Assembly (NCBI GenBank): GCA_963699255.1
Contig: OY969425.1
Coordinates: forward strand, 660,001 to 692,000
Length of the DNA stretch: 32,000 nucleotides
Source: an uncultured bacterium
Lineage (GTDB): Bacteria; Margulisbacteria; WOR-1; CAVSGV01
Direction of reading: 5' to 3'
Below are positions 9,856-17,457 of this stretch, piece after piece; within the stretch, counting starts at the first letter, position 1; every line of letters starts with the position of its first letter. Under the pieces are notes generated by a model. It searched no databases and was not told the origin of the DNA. It worked only from the letters and a program-made list of their open reading frames with translations. Both the position numbers and the translations under genes were made by a program.

Positions 9856-11502
9856 ATGACGCTGGAAAACGACCTGAAAAAGATGGAAAAGAACAATTCT
9901 CTGTTCGAGGAGAATATCCGCAAGATAAGAGTTCCGGTCCTTAAAAAGTTCCAAAGCAAGGGCAAGCTGGTCCCTTTGTCATTTGAGCCGACAGGTAAGA
10001 TATTGGAGACTAAATACAGCGCCGCTGTGTCTAAGGCGTTCCCTAAAGTTGTCGGTGCCGGCAAGAACAGATTGCTCTCCGGCTCTAAACCCAATAAGAA
10101 ACCGGCTAAAGGCAAGCGTGTTGCCGTGTTGTTCTCCGGCGGTCCGGCAGCCGGCGGCCACAATGTGATCGCCGGTTTGAAGGCCATACTGGGCAAGAAC
10201 AATACATTGCTTGGAGTTAAAGCCGGGCCCAAGGGTTTATTGGCAGGTGAGCTTTTTGAGATCACCGATGAAGCCGTGAAGCGTATCTTGAATACCGGCG
10301 GTTTTGATTTTTTGGGCTCGGACCGCACCAAGATCAAAACCGATGATCAATTCCGGCAGGTCAAGAATGTTTGCGGGAAGAACGAACTGGATGCGATAGT
10401 GATCATCGGCGGCGACGACTCCAACACCAATGCCGCTGTGCTGGCTGAGCATTTCTATGGCAAAGTCCAGGTGATCGGCATCCCCAAGACCGTTGACGGC
10501 GATCTGCAGGTCGGCGGGCTGCTGCCGATCTCGTTCGGTTTTGATACCGCGACCAAGATCTATGCTGAGATGGTCGGCAATATTTTGCAGGACACTCGAT
10601 CTTCCCTCAAGTACTGGCACTTTATTAAGCTGATGGGCCGTGCTGCTTCGCACGTGGCTCTTGAGGTCGCGCTGCAGACCCGTCCGCCGGTTTGCCTGAT
10701 ATCTGAGGAGATCGCGGAGAAGAGATCGTCCCTGGGCGAGATCATTGATTCTATCGCCCAGATCGTTGTTGCCAGGGCAAAGAAAAAGATCAATCACGGG
10801 GTTGTGCTCATCCCGGAAGGCATCGTTGAGTTCATTCCGGAAATGAACGTTTTGATCTCTGAGTTGAATGATGCTTTGGCTCATTACGGCCAGACCAAAG
10901 CAGTGGACCATCTATCCGCGGCCAGTGCGCAGCTATTCAGATCCTTGCCTGCGTATATTCAGGAGATGTTGCTGGCTGAAAGGGATTCTCACGGCAATCT
11001 GCAAGTTTCTTTGATCCCAACCGAGCGATTGATCATCGATATGGTCGCTCGCCGCGTCAAAGAGATCGATCCGGGTGTTAAGTTCAACACGCTGCATCAC
11101 TTCTTTGGTTACGAAGGACGCTGCGGTGCGCCTTCTTTATTTGATGCCGCTTATACCTACAACCTTGGTTTGGTCGCTGGCTCTCTGATCCTGGACGGCA
11201 AAACCGGCTACCTGGCTGCCCTGACCGATCTATACAAAGGCGGTAAAGCTCTGGGTATACCTTTGACAGGTCTGCTCAATGTCGAGCATCGTCATGGCAA
11301 AGATGAAATGGTCATCGAAAAAGCTCTGGTCAGGACGGATTCTCCGGCTTTCAAATTCTTTGCTTCGCGGCGTGAGGATTGGGCTGATGATGACAGGTTC
11401 ACTTCTCCTGGTCCGCGCCAACTATGGGGGCCAACGACCAAACAGCTCCCGATATCTGTTGCTTTAAATCAAGGCTATAAAGGCCTGGAATTCACTCTGT
11501 AA
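9856..11502 (+). CDS. pfp: Pyrophosphate-dependent phosphofructokinase (diphosphate--fructose-6-phosphate 1-phosphotransferase)
   Basis: 548 aa. Contains GGDDSNTNA (the Asp-containing PPi-type motif), PKTVDGDL and MGR. Confidence 0.92.
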   Translation: MTLENDLKKMEKNNSLFEENIRKIRVPVLKKFQSKGKLVPLSFEPTGKILETKYSAAVSKAFPKVVGAGKNRLLSGSKPNKKPAKGKRVAVLFSGGPAAGGHNVIAGLKAILGKNNTLLGVKAGPKGLLAGELFEITDEAVKRILNTGGFDFLGSDRTKIKTDDQFRQVKNVCGKNELDAIVIIGGDDSNTNAAVLAEHFYGKVQVIGIPKTVDGDLQVGGLLPISFGFDTATKIYAEMVGNILQDTRSSLKYWHFIKLMGRAASHVALEVALQTRPPVCLISEEIAEKRSSLGEIIDSIAQIVVARAKKKINHGVVLIPEGIVEFIPEMNVLISELNDALAHYGQTKAVDHLSAASAQLFRSLPAYIQEMLLAERDSHGNLQVSLIPTERLIIDMVARRVKEIDPGVKFNTLHHFFGYEGRCGAPSLFDAAYTYNLGLVAGSLILDGKTGYLAALTDLYKGGKALGIPLTGLLNVEHRHGKDEMVIEKALVRTDSPAFKFFASRREDWADDDRFTSPGPRQLWGPTTKQLPISVALNQGYKGLEFTL

Positions 11503-11512
11503 AAAGATGCTT

Positions 11513-11539
11513 GGAACCTGCGACTGAAGTCGCGGTTCC
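11513..11539. repeat. REP-like hairpin, same family as 3122-3149
   Basis: GGAACCTGCGAC-TGAA-GTCGCGGTTCC lies between the convergent gene ends (pfp stop at 11502, minus-strand genes to the right). Confidence 0.8.
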
Positions 11540-11687
11540 ATTTCAGAGTTCAAGGTCTTTAAGTGTCTTTCGAAGTTCTTCTTTTTGAGCGGTCCTCTTC
11601 TTGAGCTTGTTCTTCCTGGATTGTATCACTTGAGTGGCGGTTTTTCTGGTGGAAGGCAGGCCCCACATCCTCATCTTCGGGACTTTC

Positions 11688-12173
11688 CTACTTCGCTGGC
11701 GCGGCATGGGATGCATCCCCGTTGAACTCGTACATCACCGCGGTTTCATTGCACTCATCGGGGAACTTGATGCAGTGGATGCATTCTCCCCAGATCTTCT
11801 GGGGCAGACGCCTTTTCTGGACGGTCTTGAAGCCGAGTTTATTGAAAAATTCCTTTATCAGGGTCAGGGCGAAGACTTTTTTGATGCCCAGATCCTTCGC
11901 TTCTTTCAAAGCTTCCTCAACAAGCTTTTTCCCCCACCCCTGCCCGCGCACCGATTCATCCACCGCGAGCGCTTTCACTTCCGCGAGATCGTCCCAGACT
12001 ATATTGAGGGCCACGCAGCCTTTTATCTTGCCGTCCACATCAACGACATAAAAGTCCCGTATGTTGTCATACAGATTGTTCAGCGACCTTGGAAGCATCA
12101 GGTCTTTATCGGCATAATGGTTCACCAGGGAATGGATGTGCTTCACATCGCTGATCTTTGCTTTTCTTATCAT
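11688..12173 (-). CDS. GNAT family N-acetyltransferase (short ArgA-like amino-acid N-acetyltransferase type)
   Basis: The acetyl-CoA motif is VRGQGWGKKLV, and the fold pattern is LAVDESVRGQG...KVFALT. Confidence 0.85.
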   Translation of the reverse strand: MIRKAKISDVKHIHSLVNHYADKDLMLPRSLNNLYDNIRDFYVVDVDGKIKGCVALNIVWDDLAEVKALAVDESVRGQGWGKKLVEEALKEAKDLGIKKVFALTLIKEFFNKLGFKTVQKRRLPQKIWGECIHCIKFPDECNETAVMYEFNGDASHAAPAK

Positions 12174-12184
12174 AACGGGGACAA

Positions 12185-12213
12185 AGTATATCAGGAAATC
12201 CGCGGTGATTCAA
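12185..12213 (-). promoter_or_regulatory. Sigma70-like promoter for the GNAT gene
   Basis: The minus strand reads TTGAAT-17 nt-TATACT. Confidence 0.55.
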
Positions 12214-12233
12214 ATGCTCCTTTTTGCCCCCAT

Positions 12234-12267
12234 AAAAAAAGAGACCCTGGCTTGTGTCCAGAGTCTC
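12234..12267 (-). terminator. Rho-independent terminator of the small Lys-rich gene
   Basis: The minus-strand RNA is GAGACTCTGG-ACACAAG-CCAGGGTCTC followed by a run of 7 U. Confidence 0.75.
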
Positions 12268-12292
12268 CTTTAAATCTTTAAAGATCCAAAAA

Positions 12293-12514
12293 CTACTTTT
12301 TTGCAGGGACCACAGGCGTCGCCGCCTTTTTGACCTTCTTTACCTTTTTAACCTTTTTAACAACGGCCTTCTTGGTCATCGTCTTCTTGGCCTTCATTTC
12401 CATTGTTGGGGTCTTTGTCTCGCTGGATTTCTTTCCGCCGATGCCCCACAGAGCAAAGGACGAAACTGAAAGAACGAAAATAGCGCAGAAAAGCAATGCT
12501 AATAACTTTTTCAT
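12293..12514 (-). CDS. Small secreted lysine-rich protein (73 aa)
   Basis: The signal peptide is MKKLLALLFCAIFVLSVSSFA and the tail contains KKVKKVKKVKK. It has the RBS GGGGGAGGTG, its own promoter and its own terminator. Confidence 0.75.
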   Translation of the reverse strand: MKKLLALLFCAIFVLSVSSFALWGIGGKKSSETKTPTMEMKAKKTMTKKAVVKKVKKVKKVKKAATPVVPAKK

Positions 12515-12540
12515 TTATTCACCTCCCCCGATCAGGACTA

Positions 12541-12569
12541 ACTATATTACCCGGAACGGACAATGTCAA
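12541..12569 (-). promoter_or_regulatory. Sigma70-like promoter for the Lys-rich gene
   Basis: The minus strand reads TTGACA-17 nt-TATAGT. Confidence 0.65.
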
Positions 12570-12586
12570 GCCTGAGTTGATTTTTT

Positions 12587-13027
12587 TCAATCCGACCAGT
12601 TGATCAGCGGCAATATCCTTGACCTGCTTATATTTATCAATCCTATCTGAAGACCGGACAGCTCTCCGGCGACGTTCACAAGCCCAATCTGGAGCCCCGA
12701 CATGCTGGCCGAATCATTGAACACGAGCGCGCACTGGAAGGGTCTTGTACGGCCTGTTATGTTAACCGCGCCGATCTGAACGGCATCCATCTCACCGGAA
12801 ACCCTCTGGACAAGCCCGCAATCGAGCCCGTAAACGTTCATGATATCCCCGTAGATCAGGTTCAACCTTACGCCCCTTACGGTGTTCAGCCCCGGCGGGA
12901 CCGCGTAAGGATGAAAGAACGATACCTGAACGGGGGCGCTGTTCTCCACAAAATAAGCGGCCTCCTGCGCGCTAACAAAAGAGACCGAAATAAAAAGCAA
13001 TATGAATGTCAGGAACATTTTTTTCAT
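12587..13027 (-). CDS. Secreted repeat protein with G-x-Q-I-G-x-(V/I)-N motifs
   Basis: The likely start is MKKMFLTFILLFISVSFVSAQE (ATG 13027), which includes a signal peptide. The repeats are DAVQIGAVNI, SGLQIGLVNV and SGLQIGLINI. The upstream 73 codons of the track ORF look non-coding. Confidence 0.7.
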   Translation of the reverse strand: MKKMFLTFILLFISVSFVSAQEAAYFVENSAPVQVSFFHPYAVPPGLNTVRGVRLNLIYGDIMNVYGLDCGLVQRVSGEMDAVQIGAVNITGRTRPFQCALVFNDSASMSGLQIGLVNVAGELSGLQIGLINISRSRILPLINWSD

Positions 13028-13134
13028 AAATTCGCCTATCCATGGCGCCCGGACATTATACCACAAAACCCTGTCCTGGCTGAAATTCCCGCGCAGATCA
13101 TACGATAAATATGCGGTTATACCAAGGAGCCTAT

Positions 13135-13821
13135 ATGGCCAGAATAGAAAGGATAAGAATAGCATACAGCGATCCCGCACTGCGGATCTCACTCGCGAAC
13201 ATAAAAAATGATCCCCTGAAAAAATCAAGGAACGAAGACCTGTCAAAGCACATCCTTAATATTGTCACTTTGGAAAATCTCAAGCACGGCAATATGGTGT
13301 TTAAATTTGACCGGTCGGGGTTCCCGACATACCTTCCTAAAAACAGCAACAATGCCGGTGTAGATCAGATCCTGTTCTCGTCCCGGACCGAAGATGTCAC
13401 CACAGACGCAAGCGCCTGCTCTTCGTACATGCTCTTCTGCGAGAACATGAGGCTGCTTGCGGCGGCGCACGTGGCAGGGTTCCACTCTCAGAATCCGCTT
13501 TTTCACAGGGAAATGCTGTTATACGCTTATGCCAACCTGCGTAAAATGGCTCCGGAAGATCCTATCTCGGCCTATATATCGGGAATGTATTTTTTCGCAC
13601 CATCTGAATTCCCGCATAGCCAGAAAGCCATGATAAACACGAACAGAACGAATCTCATGTCAGTGGTAGAGAATCTAATGAGCTGGGATGTGCGGATCAA
13701 GGTCATTGATATTGGAGGCCGTTATTGCAGACAGATATTTTCGCCAAAGACCGGGGGATACAAGCTCGAATTAATGACTTTCGATGCCGCTGATGTCAGA
13801 TCTTCTTCGCTGATAAAATAA
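13135..13821 (+). CDS. Hypothetical protein, distant CheD-like (glutamine deamidase fold) candidate
   Basis: ATG 13135 lies 6 nt after AAGGAG. The motif [29 protein letters not shown] gives Thr89-x5-Cys95-x16-His112. Later segments are ISGMYFFAP and [24 protein letters not shown]. Confidence 0.7.
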   Translation: MARIERIRIAYSDPALRISLANIKNDPLKKSRNEDLSKHILNIVTLENLKHGNMVFKFDRSGFPTYLPKNSNNAGVDQILFSSRTEDVTTDASACSSYMLFCENMRLLAAAHVAGFHSQNPLFHREMLLYAYANLRKMAPEDPISAYISGMYFFAPSEFPHSQKAMINTNRTNLMSVVENLMSWDVRIKVIDIGGRYCRQIFSPKTGGYKLELMTFDAADVRSSSLIK

Positions 13822-14395
13822 CTACGTCCTCTTCAGGAACATCTTCGAAAATTCCCACTGTATGGGTCGGGACGGCTTTTATAGCGTCCACAACATCCAT
13901 GCCGTCCGTCACTTTCCCGAATACGCAGTAGCCGAAACCCTGCTGGGTGTTGTCCCTGTGGTCAAGGAACGGGTTATCGACGACGTTTATGAAGAACTGC
14001 GCCGTGCCGCTGTCCACAACGTTCGTCCTGGCCATAGCCAGCGTGCCTTTCGTGTTAGAGAGGCCGTTGCCCGCCTCGTTCTTTATAGGGGTAAGCGTCA
14101 GCTTCTCAACCATTCCCTTTTGGAATCCGCCCCCCTGTATCATGAAGCCCGGAATGACCCTGTGGAATATGGTCCCGTCATAGAATCCCGAATTGACGTA
14201 AGACAGGAAGTTCGCGACCGTCACCGGCGCTTTGTCCGGATACAGCTCGAGCGTAATATTGCCTTTTGAGGTCTCCATCATAACTTTCGGGTTGCTGTTC
14301 ATTGTTTCTCCTTCCTTTGCCGGAGGCGTGCTCATAGCGAAGCACAGGCCTGATATCAAAACACACACTGCAATTGCCGCGAACATTTTTTTCAT
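13796..14395 (-). CDS. ppi: Cyclophilin-type peptidyl-prolyl cis-trans isomerase, secreted
   Basis: The signal peptide is [20 protein letters not shown], and [14 protein letters not shown] is present. The 3' end overlaps the convergent 13135-13821 gene by 26 nt. Confidence 0.93.
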   Translation of the reverse strand: MKKMFAAIAVCVLISGLCFAMSTPPAKEGETMNSNPKVMMETSKGNITLELYPDKAPVTVANFLSYVNSGFYDGTIFHRVIPGFMIQGGGFQKGMVEKLTLTPIKNEAGNGLSNTKGTLAMARTNVVDSGTAQFFINVVDNPFLDHRDNTQQGFGYCVFGKVTDGMDVVDAIKAVPTHTVGIFEDVPEEDVVILSAKKI

Positions 14396-14420
14396 TTGGT
14401 TCACCCTTTCCTTCTTCACT

Positions 14421-14449
14421 ATTCTACTATAAAGGAACGGACATGGCAA
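14421..14449 (-). promoter_or_regulatory. Sigma70-like promoter for the cyclophilin gene
   Basis: The minus strand reads TTGCCA-17 nt-TAGAAT. The -35 hexamer is the terminal TGGCAA of the hairpin element at 14443-14594. Confidence 0.5.
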
Positions 14450-14594
14450 TAAAGGCGATTTAGGGCAAAATAAGGCAACAGAAGACACAAGGCTTATGGC
14501 TCAGGGTAAAAGCAACTATTCTTTTGCCCTTAGCCATGTATCTTACGCCCTATCCCCTCCATCTCTTCATTTGCCTTCAATCGCCTTCAATATC
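14443..14594. repeat. Empty copy of the GGCGAT-unit hairpin element
   Basis: The left arm ATGGCAATAAAGGCGATTTAGGGCAAAATAAGG...GGCTCAGGGTAAAAGC, a 7-nt loop (AACTATT), and the right arm CTTTTGCCCTTAGCC...TTGCCTTCAATCGCCTTCAATAT. The arms resemble those at 16849-17358 and 17458-17606. Confidence 0.8.
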
Positions 14595-14628
14595 TTTTTA
14601 TTTGTCTGCTTTCAAACTTTCAATCAGC

Positions 14629-14656
14629 TTGAACTATCCCCCTCCGGGCGTATAAT
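14629..14656 (+). promoter_or_regulatory. Sigma70-like promoter for the beta-propeller gene
   Basis: TTGAAC (14629-14634), 16 nt, TATAAT (14651-14656). Confidence 0.6.
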
Positions 14657-14698
14657 TCCTTTTGCTTTGATCCTTCCCCATTAAAAGGAGTGTGCGAC

Positions 14699-15760
14699 AT
14701 GAAAAACAGGCAGTTTATTCCGGTCATAGTAGCTCTCCTAATCCTCTGTTCAATGGCTTTCCTTTACGGCTGCGGATCTAATACTTCAAGCAACGGAGGT
14801 TCGGTCGGCAGCCCGTGGATATATGTCGGCGCATCAAATGACAACGCCATCTCAATAATCGACGGTTCGACCAATACTCTCGCGGGAACGATAGAACTTT
14901 CGCCAAGAAAGCCGTATCATATTGCCGCTTCACCGGACGGGAAGCATCTTTATGTTTCCACGGACAGCCCAGAGGTCGTCGTGATAGATACGGCCACTAA
15001 TAAGATATCCGGCCTTATCACCACTGACGCCGATACGCAGTCTTACGGCATGGCGGTTTCCGTGAACGCCGCGCTCCTTTATTTTTCGAGATTTAACGAT
15101 AACAAGCTTGTAAAATCATATCTGAACAGCAATCCTGTAACCTCTGAAACCGTGGTCACCGCCGCTACGCCGTACGGGATGAGCCTGGCCCATAATGACG
15201 GAATAAGTATCGTGTGCGAACCATCGAACCTTGAATGTTTCGACAATTCTCTGTTTATGTCTGACGCCAGCGTAAGTAACTTGGGCTCCAATCTGTATAC
15301 TGTGGCCGTGAATAACGGATTGGCATTTGTCCCGCGATACGCGACGGGTGACGTTGCGATAGTTGATGTGGCGGACATCGTTAATCCAACCGCCGAGGTA
15401 ACTGTCAGCCTGATAACGCCAGAAAGCGCGGCTACTTCATTTTTTGGGATAGTCTCCATTCCTGGAAAGAACAAGCTTTATGTAAGCCAGTACAAGCCTG
15501 CCGGCACATTAAATATAATTGACGCATCTTCTACTCCGACATTTGAATCCAAGGTGATCACAGGGGGGGCGTTCACCATGTCAAATCCGACCTATATGAC
15601 CGCGACCGCTGACGGCAAATATGTATATGTTTATGATACTTCCACGATACACCACTCTCAGATCTGTGTTGTTGATGCCGCCGCGGATCAGGTCGTGCAA
15701 ACGATACCTGTAAATGTGGGCGATGATTTTGACAACAATCCGGTAATTATCTATAAGTAA
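14699..15760 (+). CDS. YVTN-family beta-propeller repeat lipoprotein
   Basis: ATG 14699 follows AAGGAG. The lipobox is FLYGC. The repeats SPDGKHLYVS..VVVIDTATNK, KLYVSQ..LNIIDASS and DGKYVYVYD..VVDAAADQVV are present. Confidence 0.85.
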   Translation: MKNRQFIPVIVALLILCSMAFLYGCGSNTSSNGGSVGSPWIYVGASNDNAISIIDGSTNTLAGTIELSPRKPYHIAASPDGKHLYVSTDSPEVVVIDTATNKISGLITTDADTQSYGMAVSVNAALLYFSRFNDNKLVKSYLNSNPVTSETVVTAATPYGMSLAHNDGISIVCEPSNLECFDNSLFMSDASVSNLGSNLYTVAVNNGLAFVPRYATGDVAIVDVADIVNPTAEVTVSLITPESAATSFFGIVSIPGKNKLYVSQYKPAGTLNIIDASSTPTFESKVITGGAFTMSNPTYMTATADGKYVYVYDTSTIHHSQICVVDAAADQVVQTIPVNVGDDFDNNPVIIYK

Positions 15761-15779
15761 CTGAAGCGTTCGGTAAAAG

Positions 15780-15816
15780 CCCGGTTTTATTCTTTCCGAG
15801 TAAAGCCGGGTTTTTT
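15780..15816 (+). terminator. Rho-independent terminator
   Basis: CCCGGTTTT (15780-15788) pairs with AAAGCCGGG (15802-15810) and is followed by TTTTTT. Confidence 0.7.
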
Positions 15817-15830
15817 GTTGGTTTTCCGAT

Positions 15831-16235
15831 CTAGATCGGAAGCGATATTTTGGACACGCCTATTTTTGAGGCGTCATCGATCCTGTTAAGCACTTCATCC
15901 GCCTTGCCGGGATGGGCGTTCAAATAAACGGACAGCTGCAATATTCCGGTTTGATTGGAGATATCGATCGTCATGGACTTTTTTTCGGCGGACCTTTCAA
16001 GCGGCAGATGGATCCTGGAAGAGCCCTTGCTTGCCGCGGTCGCCATCAATTTCGCTATTTTGTCCCCGCTGTTGGGATGCGTGTTCATGAAGTCGCTTAT
16101 TTTCAAGGCGTCCGAGCTGTTGAAAAAGTCCACCTGTTCGGAATTCGCGAGAGGCATATTGCTGCTGGCGGCTAACGGATTAATGGCCTGGATACCCGGT
16201 TCATCGGAGTCATTCCTCTTATCGTCAAAGCCCAT
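15831..16235 (-). CDS. Hypothetical protein with two internal repeats
   Basis: The probable start is ATG 16235 (MGFDDKRND). The repeats are FMNTHPNSGDKIAKLMATAASKGSSRIHLPL and YLNAHPGKADEVLNRIDDASKIGVSKISLPI. I recognise no family. Confidence 0.55.
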   Translation of the reverse strand: MGFDDKRNDSDEPGIQAINPLAASSNMPLANSEQVDFFNSSDALKISDFMNTHPNSGDKIAKLMATAASKGSSRIHLPLERSAEKKSMTIDISNQTGILQLSVYLNAHPGKADEVLNRIDDASKIGVSKISLPI

Positions 16236-16355
16236 ATCAGCACATCCTTTCTTAACAGGGGATATTATAGGCCTTAATAAGACAGAAGGCAAAACATGAA
16301 GGCGGGACATGAAGGCGATCGAGGAAGACAAAAGGCATTGGAATTCGGGAAACTT

Positions 16356-16469
16356 GGGATACGGTTTAGAGATATAGGAAAACAGGAATGAGGAAAACAG
16401 GAGTTCTTTTCTTCCTCTTTCCCCTTTTTCCTCTTTCCCTAAACTCAGTCCCTATATTCCTTTATCCCC
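16356..16469. repeat. Purine-rich / pyrimidine-rich imperfect palindrome
   Basis: GGGATACGGTTTAGAGATATAGGAAAACAGGAATGAGGAAAACAGGAG faces CTTCCTCTTTCCCCTTTTTCCTCTTTCCCTAAACTCAGTCCCTATATTCCTTTATCCCC. Pairing is only partly colinear. Confidence 0.5.
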
Positions 16470-16487
16470 ATTTCTCTAATATACCCC

Positions 16488-16848
16488 CTACTTCAAGAAT
16501 CCGATGTTCTTGACCGTTTTATCCGGTATTTCCATCAATTCGTTTATCGCGTCAAAAACCACCTTGAACTTGCCGTCGTATTTCTTTTCCATTTCCTCGA
16601 TCTTCCGCTTCAATTCCGCATGGCTGGAAAGTAATCGTCTTAACCTTGTGAATGTCCTCATGATCTGGATATTGACCTGAACGGCTCTTTCGCTGTTGAG
16701 CACTGAAGACAGCATTGCCACTCCTTGTTCAGTAAAGGCATAAGGCGAGAAGCGCCTCTTGCTGTATTTTGCGGTCACAAATTGTGACCGCAAATATTCA
16801 GACTCTTGCTCTGTCAACTGGAACATAAAATCATCAGGAAATCTCCGA
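16488..16848 (-). pseudogene. 5'-truncated ORF6N (KilA-N-related) domain gene
   Basis: [66 protein letters not shown] matches the C-terminal two thirds of ORF6N proteins. The roughly 45 N-terminal residues are missing, and homology stops at the hairpin-cassette terminus. Upstream codons of the track ORF are read out of the repeat arm. Confidence 0.7.
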
Positions 16849-17358
16849 ATGGCAATAAAGGCGATTGAGGGCGATAAAGGGCGATAGAAGGCACAGGGCT
16901 TATGGCTTAGGGCTGGCACTTGCGTTTTAAGGAATAAATAAGGCGGTTGAATAAGTATAAAGTTTTGATAGTTAGTCCTTCAAAATGATCAAAAACATCT
17001 TTTGATACGTACTTTTTCAAATATACATGCCGCGACCAATTTCCCAATTCCGCTAGAGATCTGCGGCTAAAGCCCAAAAATCTAATGTATTCCTTTATAC
17101 TGCCCGAATAATATCCTTCTACAAAGTTTGCGCTGACTGATGTTACCGCCCGATCAATTTGGTCTCTTAAACTAAAACAATTCTTCGGCACCAGCGGCAT
17201 TATTTCACGATAAAGATATGTTTCTATTTTTTCAATATTGCCCCATACGATCATTTTTTTGTGTCCCTGCATGCAATTGCCCCCTTCTTCCCGCCTTACG
17301 CCTTGAGCCTCAAGCCCTAACACTCCCCTATATCGCCTTCTTTTGCCCTAATTGCCAT
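16849..17358. mobile_element. IVS-like inverted-repeat cassette carrying a four-helix-bundle gene
   Basis: The perfect terminal inverted repeat is ATGGCAAT (16849-16856) / ATTGCCAT (17351-17358). The roughly 70-nt imperfectly complementary arms belong to the same family as 14443-14594 and 17458-17606. The single enclosed gene is 16907-17272. Mobility is inferred, not shown. Confidence 0.55.
16907..17272 (-). CDS. Four-helix-bundle protein (23S rRNA intervening-sequence protein / Avd family)
   Basis: [79 protein letters not shown] fits the family pattern (W..a......FP..e...l..Qi.RAa.Si..NiaEG......ke...Fl..a.gSl.El). The last codons extend into the left arm. Confidence 0.85.
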   Translation of the reverse strand: MQGHKKMIVWGNIEKIETYLYREIMPLVPKNCFSLRDQIDRAVTSVSANFVEGYYSGSIKEYIRFLGFSRRSLAELGNWSRHVYLKKYVSKDVFDHFEGLTIKTLYLFNRLIYSLKRKCQP

Positions 17359-17457
17359 ACCTTAACCAGCAATTTTTATGCCAAGGGAAATAAACATAGA
17401 AAGATCGAATATGCAGCAGCTTTCGACAGATGGGTGTCGAGAAGGATGACATGAGAA

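Noticed and set aside
14496-14684. 62-aa plus-strand ORF
   Set aside because: It lies entirely within the right arm of the hairpin element and the promoter region. Its sequence is simply the repeat read in frame.
16849-17358. Diversity-generating retroelement, considered because the four-helix-bundle protein resembles Avd
   Set aside because: There is no reverse transcriptase ORF anywhere in the window, and I saw no template/variable repeat pair with adenine-specific differences.
17359-17457. Missing N-terminus of the ORF6N gene on the far side of the cassette
   Set aside because: Two weak resemblances appear in the minus-strand translations: VILLDTHLSKAAAYSI and ICRKLLHIRSFYV. They come from overlapping nucleotides in different frames, occur in the wrong order, and are not contiguous with the breakpoint. 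This is not convincing.
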